DNA of 44,268 bases, the filler included, from Sphacelaria rigidula (lineage: Eukaryota), in the NCBI GenBank assembly GCA_964200075.2. It is 2 parts of 2 records of this genome, joined end to end, with 100 filler letters (N's around TTAATTAATTAA, not from the genome) between each part and the next. Parts side by side here need not be neighbours in the genome. Positions count along the whole stretch, not along the records: positions 22,186 to 44,268 come from CAXNAA020000356.1; 1 more part is not named here. The stretch is one strand, 5' to 3'. A program made the translations under genes and the position numbers. Of this stretch, positions 37,258 to 44,268 are shown in pieces. Each line of letters starts with the position of its first letter. Within the stretch, counting starts at the first letter, position 1. The notes beneath the pieces are model-generated. The model was not told the origin of the DNA, made no database searches, and was given only the letters and a program-made list of their open reading frames with translations.

Positions 37258-37651
37258 TAGAGGTCGGAAATAGTTTGTCCAACCATTAACCAGTTGAATG
37301 GTTGCGCGTAGCGCACTCACCAACCAGTTATATAGTGCATGATGGTATGGTCATCGGGCGGCGCAGCCGTGGGCCAAAAAGCCCCCCCCAGAGGGGGTTC
37401 GGCCGGAGGCGCCCCCGGAGGGCCCCGCTGGAGGCGCCGTGCCGGAAGCACGTTTGTACGCGATTTGGTTTCACGAGAACAAAAAAAAACGTAAAAATTG
37501 GGCCAATTTTCAAGGGCTGTATGTAGCATACGCAGCCGGTAACGGTAAACCATGGTTTGAAACCATTATCCAAAACTTTCATATGACCATTACCATTGTT
37601 ACCATTATAATGATAATAGCCGAGTATAACTGGTACCATTTCCGAGCTCTA
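37258..37651. mobile_element. hAT-type MITE inside the bZIP intron
   Basis: TIR TAGAGGTCGGAAATAGT / ACCATTTCCGAGCTCTA (15/17 match); perfect 8-bp TSD ACGATAGG (37250-37257, 37652-37659); ACCAT subterminal repeats. Confidence 0.9.
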
Positions 37652-40030
37652 ACGATAGGGCTATTGCGGTTCAGGACCAAGTATTGGAAATGGGAGGTAT
37701 ATTTTTACACAAGACCAACAGTTCCCGATGGTATCGTTGACAACATCACGAGCTAGTTGACCACATGAACGCAATAATATACTCTCAGATTAGAAAGCCA
37801 CCACTGTCAATCCTTGATGCTGATCGACTTTTGCTTTGAACGACGGGAATAAAACGAGCTTGAAATTGATCATGAGAAGACCTCAACAAATGCCGCCATT
37901 ACATATCAGTAACAACCAGCGTGCCGGCAACTTTGTTTTGTCGTTTATGGATACAAATGTGTTACGCGTCGGTTACTGGACTGAGAACAGATTCACCACA
38001 CGCCACACACACGACCAAGCACGAAAGCCGAACCAGGAGTTGCAGCCCTTCGACGTGTGCATGGAGCTATGGAAGTCAAGACATAAAATAAGTACACGGG
38101 GGGGGGGGGCTTGTTTTCCAACACCTCCAACGATCAACATACCGTGGGTTACACTCGATGCACGGAGGATTATCGATATCTACCAGCACCCAATTGCGCA
38201 ATCGATAGGCGGGTTTTGCAACAAAATGCACCCAAATCCGGGATATCGCCGCTTGGCTTCATGAGCGGTCGACTATACTCGAAAGCCGGCGGCCCATTTT
38301 TACATGAGTCTTTCTCCAGTCTTGACGTTACATGGGAAAGTAAAATTTCTTGCTCCTGTTGCTTCTGGTTTAACAAGGTAAGGACGGCGCGTGTCATGTT
38401 GATAGAATTGAGGATCTTGATCGCCCTCTCGGGGCTTACGAGCTAACGAACGACTCCCCTTCCGTCGAACAAAACGCATTGCCAAGTGTTCTTTGCAATG
38501 TGTACAACAGTTGGGCAGGTGGCGCCAGGAAGTAATACCTTCACTCGTGAAACAGTTTCGCAACAATTGCCCCCCCCCCCCTCACTGCCCCGTCTCCATA
38601 GGAATGCGTGGTCAATGGCCAAACGACCGAGGCAGGCAACAGATGAGTACCCCCGCCCTCGCATGATTTCGAAAAAGTATTTCTGCACCTTGGCACCACA
38701 TCCGTTGTTCCGTGCACACCGTTTCGAATGCAGGTCGTAATATAACTGACAACTAAACATGACTCTTGCGTCGTCCAAAGAGTTGAAAGTATCATGACCT
38801 AACGCTTGACACACGATCTTGCGCAAATGATTGCGGCGGATACTTGCCCTCCACAATCGACCAAAAGGTGTCGTGCTCTCAACAGGATATCCTCACTTAT
38901 GTTTTTCGTGCGGCCGAAACAAATCTTCGGAACTAAGAGGAACAGATGAAAAGAGGGGAGATGTCCAAAATGTCACTTCGACGTTTCCAGCGAGGCGGCC
39001 TTTCGGAACGATATAATCGAGTATGGCGGAACGCCGTCAACCCCGACCCTAGACCCGAGCGGTTTCTACACGCTTTGGCACCAACATTTATAGAGGAATC
39101 TTAACCATGCACTTGAAATGCCTGCGGCATGTCGTCCTCACTGGGTTCTGTGAGTACGTCAGCGACTACCAGTCCCCAACAGTCTGGCAGCGGCGATTGT
39201 GAGAAACCACATTGTTGTGATGGTACAGCGAGCCGGGTGAGTAGTCACGATATTTAACGCGAATCGATCTGAGGACTCATACCCGGAAGATCATATTGTA
39301 CAAATGTAGGACCCCATTAGATCGGATTGGGCGGCGTGGTGTAGTTGTGTAGGCAGCAAGGAAGAGGCGCCGAGTTGACGCAGGCAGACACTTCAACAAA
39401 TAATACAAATGTTTCAGGACCCTTTCAACAGACACCCCGCGCTATCCAAGCACCGGCACCACTGTATGCACTACTTTGCTTCGAAGGGCAGCTGTAACGT
39501 GAGGCGCAGAACAGCAGCTGCCTTACAAGGATCCTCAAGAACACGCGACCGAGAGAAACTCGACCTCTGTTGCCGTGAACGTCTTGAAAGCGAGACACAA
39601 AAATTAATAGCCGGTGGGACACTACAGACACAAAAGTATGGAAGGAAAAAATAAACGCACGTACAAGATCAAGATCGACGGTACGACCTCCACAATTTAC
39701 TTGTCTGCAGTGAGAAAATAACCATCACGGGGTATAAATCTCGTCATTGAAGCGCGACACACCAGAGGACTGATACACAACCCTCAAGCGAGTCGACTCA
39801 ACATGCTCGGAAATACGTCAATCGCCGCCACAGTTTGATGCGGTTTCGGTAAACATCTTGGTCATGTATGAAGCCGGCAGGAAGGAAAGTAGGAGAGGGA
39901 GAACAATCGTGTGTGCATGCTGCGTTTAGGGCTCTTGTAGGAGGACCCGTGTTGATCATGCACGCTTTCAAGAGTAATGTGCTAGTTTTTCTGTAAGGAG
40001 TTGTCAGATGGTACTCGAGATAAAACGCAC

Positions 40031-40192
40031 CTCTTGCTCCAGAGATTCGATCCGGTCTCGTTTCCGCTTGCGGCTCAGAGCGGCAGACTCTCGGTTCCGG
40101 ATCATCCTTTGCTGCTTCTTCCATGCTTGCTTCTCCACCCCGTGGGTCGGCGCGTCCTCTCGTGGTGCGAAAGGATCTGGCTTGGCATCTTC
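40031..40192 (-). CDS. bZIP factor exon 2: basic region
   Basis: KKQQRMIRNRESAALSRKRKRDRIESLEQE (N-x7-R bZIP basic motif); GAG|gtgcgt donor; acceptor at 40192 or 40198. Confidence 0.9.
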
Positions 40193-40843
40193 CTGCACCT
40201 CGTTATGAGTAATAAGAAAAAACACGAGCACACATGAGCACGGACGAAGAACAAAATACACGCAAGAAAAGGCGTGGGTTGCAGAGCTGAGTGTGCCTCA
40301 CCAGAAAAAAAAAAAGTGCATCTTTTATGTATTTCACATCATCAGCGGAGGTGGATGGATTGTCAGTTGTATCACATCAGGCGAGACACCAGCGCGATAT
40401 CCCATGACTTGTGAGATCGACAGATTATGGAACGGGGGGCAGCGGGAGGGGGGGGGGGGGGGGGGGGGGCAGGGGAAGGGCAGGGAAAGGGTAGCGGGGG
40501 GGGTTCATTACGGCGTTACCTCTTTCNNNNNNNNNGGGGGGAAGGGAGCGGGGGTTGGGGTGGAGGCGGGGGGGGGCATGGGTGGGGCGGTGGTGGCCTC
40601 CGGGTGTGGGGGAAGGGCAGCGAAAGGGTAGCGGGGGTGGTTCATTACGGCGTTACCTCTTTCAAAGTTAGCCCCACATCAATTCACCGCCTGTTGTGAA
40701 AAAGCTTCAAAAACGCACATTCCAAATTTTTGGTGCACACCAGACTTCAAAGCCAGACAAAACGTGGCGCATTCTTGAAAGACGTATGAATAAAGCAAAC
40801 CTGTCTCTGCCCCGCCTTCAGAAACCCAACCCCACAAACTCAC

Positions 40844-41185
40844 ATCGTCATCCGACTCTTCCGCACTTGAGTACACCTGATTACGCGCGGCGGCCGCGGC
40901 CGCGGCGGCGAGGGCATTCCTACTCCTAGTTTGCTTTAATTTGAGTGCCCTAGAACGCCGTCTCTCCCCGGCTGCCTCGGGAGACATCAGTACCGATTTA
41001 GGTGAAGCTGCTGCCGCCTCGGCCAGGGACCGGAGGGAGTCCATGGAAGGAGACGATGAAGACGAAGCTGTTGGGGATGGTGGCACTTTGTTTTGCTGTT
41101 GGTGCTGCTGTTGTTTGTGCTGCTGCCCGAGGGTACCGGACGCGACTGCTCCAGTGCATTGCGTCTGCATGTCCAGTGGCGGCAT
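40844..41185 (-). CDS. bZIP factor, first coding exon (Q/S/A-rich)
   Basis: ATG 41185 preceded by an in-frame TAA; GAT|gtgagt donor in phase 0 with exon 2. Confidence 0.75.
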
Positions 41186-41949
41186 TTACTTTTGAACGGA
41201 AGCTGTACCGATAGATGAGCAAGTCGCAGGTCACAGTCCTCTTGTACTGTGAACACCTGTCTATTTTGGTATTTGTTCACCAGTGCCACTTTGTACACGC
41301 CCTTCTATGTACAAAATGCCGTGAAACGACGGGATCCAGTTGCAGCGGATACCGCCTGCAACAATGAAACCCCCCTACTGTGTCTCTGTTCCTCTCTATT
41401 CTCCTGCTCTCTTCTCCCCCCTTCCCCCCCGCCCTGCTTGCAGCAAGCACCGCGTTGACACTGAGCGATAGTACCACAACAGTCTTCGTTTTGTGGCTCT
41501 TCGATCTTGGGTAGGAGGCTACCGGTATGCGCCCTGGTCAATGATGACGGGTTCTTGAAGGTGGTGAGTTGAGCTTAAGCTAAAAACGCCAAAATATCAT
41601 AAACGGGGTTGACATTCTTACCGCATGACATATGGTCATACGTTACGGTGCAGTTTTGCCCGGTCTCCGACTGATGCTACAATACATAAATCCGTGTTTT
41701 TTTATCGTTAAATCATTTATTTTAGCAGTCTAGCATGAAAATAAGCATATTCCCTTCGAGTATTGCAGGTTATTATTGCTCTAATAGAATATATGGGGGG
41801 TACGAATCGTCTTTGTCGTGTTTTTTGTGCTGGATCTCATCTTCGATATATCGACCGCGGGTCTGTACAGCTGTATAATTCGGCAACACGCGGGTGACAC
41901 TACTGTATCACGCTGCCGTCTGCGGCACGCGAACATTACATCAAGCAAG

Positions 41950-42229
41950 ATGATCGCAACTACTCGTGTCGCGGCTATGCCGCTAATAATCTTTCTCTGT
42001 TTTTCCCTGTTTCGACAAGGCAAAGCCTTCGCTTTTCCTATGCGACAGGCTGTCACACTTAGAACACGTGGTTCAGCGCCAGCAGGTGAACAGATATCAT
42101 GGCATCACCGGGCGAGGCACGGGTCGGGGGATGACAGACGAATGGCGTCGAGCACGGGCAAGCTGAGGATGTCGGAGATGCCTGAGGACTATCCCTCAGA
42201 TACTGGAGACGATCGATTCTCGGAAGTTG
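41950..42229 (+). CDS. Putative plastid-targeted protein, exon 1 (head-to-head with the bZIP gene; later exons not found)
   Basis: MIATTRVAAMPLIIFLCFSLFRQGKA-FAF followed by an R/S/T-rich transit-like segment; G|gtgcga donor. Confidence 0.65.
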
Positions 42230-43609
42230 GTGCGAGTTCATACGGTACCACCGGTAGATTCACGTAGTCATCACACGGAAAACGGCCCGCATCTTCAACC
42301 ACATTGCAAACGGTCAGATCGTGAGTTTGACATGTTTCATGTTTCGCCTCACCTGATTTACGCCCAAGGAGCAGCTTGTATAACTAGTTGGCACGGTAGG
42401 TCATTTCTCCATTTCTTGGGGCAGTGTTGTTTATGTGTGATAGAGGGCTGGCTTCTTTACGACCTGCAACGGCGACGGTAGGACACACAACAGGTATGAC
42501 GACGTCGCCAGGATTATACGATCATGGGGGACGACCATCCCGAAGAATCCGAGCATAAGATTCCGGGGGTATGATGCCGTCACAACGGCTCAGGATTCTA
42601 TTTGCACAGACACGGCACAATCAACTGGGTGTAGTACAGGCTGGCGGTATCGCCTCACAGACAGCAAAAGCAGCACACTTATCACACACTGCGCTACCGG
42701 TACATAAACAGCAGCTGTCCATAGCACTCGTGGACTCAATTATTGAGTCTGAAAAAGTGTGCACCAGTACAACAACAGTAGAGTTGGTGACCCATCACAC
42801 CGTAGGGCTCATGGTCGGTCCTGCTTTTGCCCAGATACGATGGGAGCACCCCGAAGCTTGAGCCATCAAAATCTGGAAGTGCTGAAGGGTTCAAATCCCT
42901 TCACGACCAGGTGCATTCATTTATCAAATAATCATCTTGTTCACTTTGTGCATGGCTGTCGGCCATGATGGGTCGTCTTGGGGGGCTCAGCTGAACAGTA
43001 GTTGAGCCAGCAGTCCCGTGGGTGAACAACTCCGTGGGAAACATTTTTCAGGGAGGCGGGGTATTCGGGAACCCGTGCAATGGACCTCGGAACAAGCGGA
43101 ACATTCGCACACCATTGAAAGAGAACGTTACGTTACCGTGCACATGGACATGGACGATAGATGCCGCCTTCAGTAACGATCTGGGACTCTCTGCAATAAT
43201 ATTCATACGTTCAAAAAATTACAGGTTACAGCATCTTCAGTTTTCATGAACGACGTCGCGGACCCGCGGTCAAACGATAGGACAGACACGCTTTTTCAAG
43301 CGTAGACACCCCCCCCTCACTTCCTCTTGGTGTAGGCATTACTGTGATACAGACCCCATCTGGTTCACCTCTACAATATATGTCAAGTTCCATGGTGCTG
43401 AATTACCTGTTTCATCAGCAGCGCTCACTTCCCTGTTCGCCGTTTCACATGACTACATCAATCCGTGACGAAGAGGTAGTTGACGGGATGTCGAAACATC
43501 CACCACGACCGCGGGATACTAGTCATCCAACGGTGCTCAGGATGGAATAGAGCACAGGTCGGACAGATCATCTCCCTTCAGTTCCCTGTAGTTTTATTTT
43601 AGTGCAGCT

Positions 43610-43950
43610 CCCTAGTGAGCTGTGAGAGCTGCATGAGCTACGCTATTTTCACCAGATGAGCTACCAACCCGCAGCTCATCATCGCATAGACTGACTCCCT
43701 GGGTAAGCTGTGAGAGCTACATGAGCCCTGTGTGTTTGTCCTAGATGAACCATGAGAGCTACATGAGCTACGCATGTCTACCCTGGATGAGCTACGAGAG
43801 CTACATGAGCTACGCATGTTTGTTCTAGGTGAGCTACCAACCCGTGGCACATCAGCGCACGTTTCCCCTGGGTGAGCTATCGGGCGTAGCTCACATGTAC
43901 ATGTTTGAGCACAAGTGAGCTACAGCCCGCGGATGAGCTAGCCCACGAGC
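43610..43950. repeat. Minisatellite of ~42-bp GAGCTA-rich units
   Basis: For example ctagatgaaccatgagagctacatgagctacgcatgtctacc followed by ctggatgagctacgagagctacatgagctacgcatgtttgtt. Confidence 0.8.
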
Positions 43951-44268
43951 TGTCCGACATATGGAATCGAGTTCACTTGAGGGTTTATACGACGTGTCGA
44001 TACTCCAGATGTTGTACCATAAGCACCCATTTTTTTCGACCAGTTGATTGATTGACAGTCGCACATCAGCTGATCCCCTAGGTATCCAGCTGCAGGCATT
44101 ATCCACAAGATATACGTACACAAGGTAAACAGAATGGAAACCCTTGCTTCAAAAAGGCTCGAAAATGGAGAATGTGAAAAACGGTAGAGCAAACGGAGTG
44201 GAAGTGAACGAAAAAAGGGAGAAAAATATAACACAATACAAAGCAGAGAACAAGAGGGGTCGGGGGGG

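Noticed and set aside
37836-38860. Degenerate transposase in the bZIP intron
   Set aside because: Only a vague HLP..CxxC resemblance; no catalytic motifs identifiable
40473-40663. ~54-bp direct repeat around the short N gap at 40527-40535
   Set aside because: Probably an assembly overlap artefact in a poly-G tract
33164-41185. Aureochrome (bZIP-LOV photoreceptor)
   Set aside because: No LOV motif (GRNCRFLQ) in any exon, and the basic region differs from the aureochrome type
41400-41435. Purine tract in the bZIP leader pairing with the IRE1 intron (yeast HAC1-style translational block)
   Set aside because: Low-complexity complementarity, and the tract probably lies in a spliceosomal intron
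42975-43065. PBS-like TGGGGGGCTCAG plus purine tract (TRIM/LTR remnant)
   Set aside because: No pair of flanking LTRs found
43610-43950. CRISPR array
   Set aside because: Eukaryotic context, degenerate units without unique spacers, no cas genes

Overview
Intron-rich eukaryotic genomic DNA, most likely a brown alga or related photosynthetic stramenopile. This is inferred from bipartite signal+'AF' plastid presequences, long TE-filled GT-AG introns and RTE-like LINE/tRNA-SINE families. Host genes: a PFA-DSP (Siw14/Oca-family) phosphatase whose catalytic Cys is replaced by Asp, a WW-domain protein, a compact vSET-like SET-domain exon, two plastid-targeted unknown proteins and a multi-exon bZIP transcription factor (minus strand, 41185 to 33164). 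Main finding: the bZIP gene has the full signature of an IRE1-spliced HAC1/XBP1/bZIP60 orthologue. Two 6-bp-stem/7-nt-loop CNG|CNG hairpins flank a 263-nt, self-folding non-spliceosomal intron whose removal fuses the bZIP in frame to a 257-aa acidic C-terminus. The rest is repeats: a degenerate Ty1/copia element in a tandem shared-LTR arrangement, a LINE fragment with a nested SINE, Sola2-like, hAT-like and piggyBac-like MITEs, and minisatellites. An artificial 100-bp scaffold linker lies at 22086-22185. All calls were made by eye, with no database searches.
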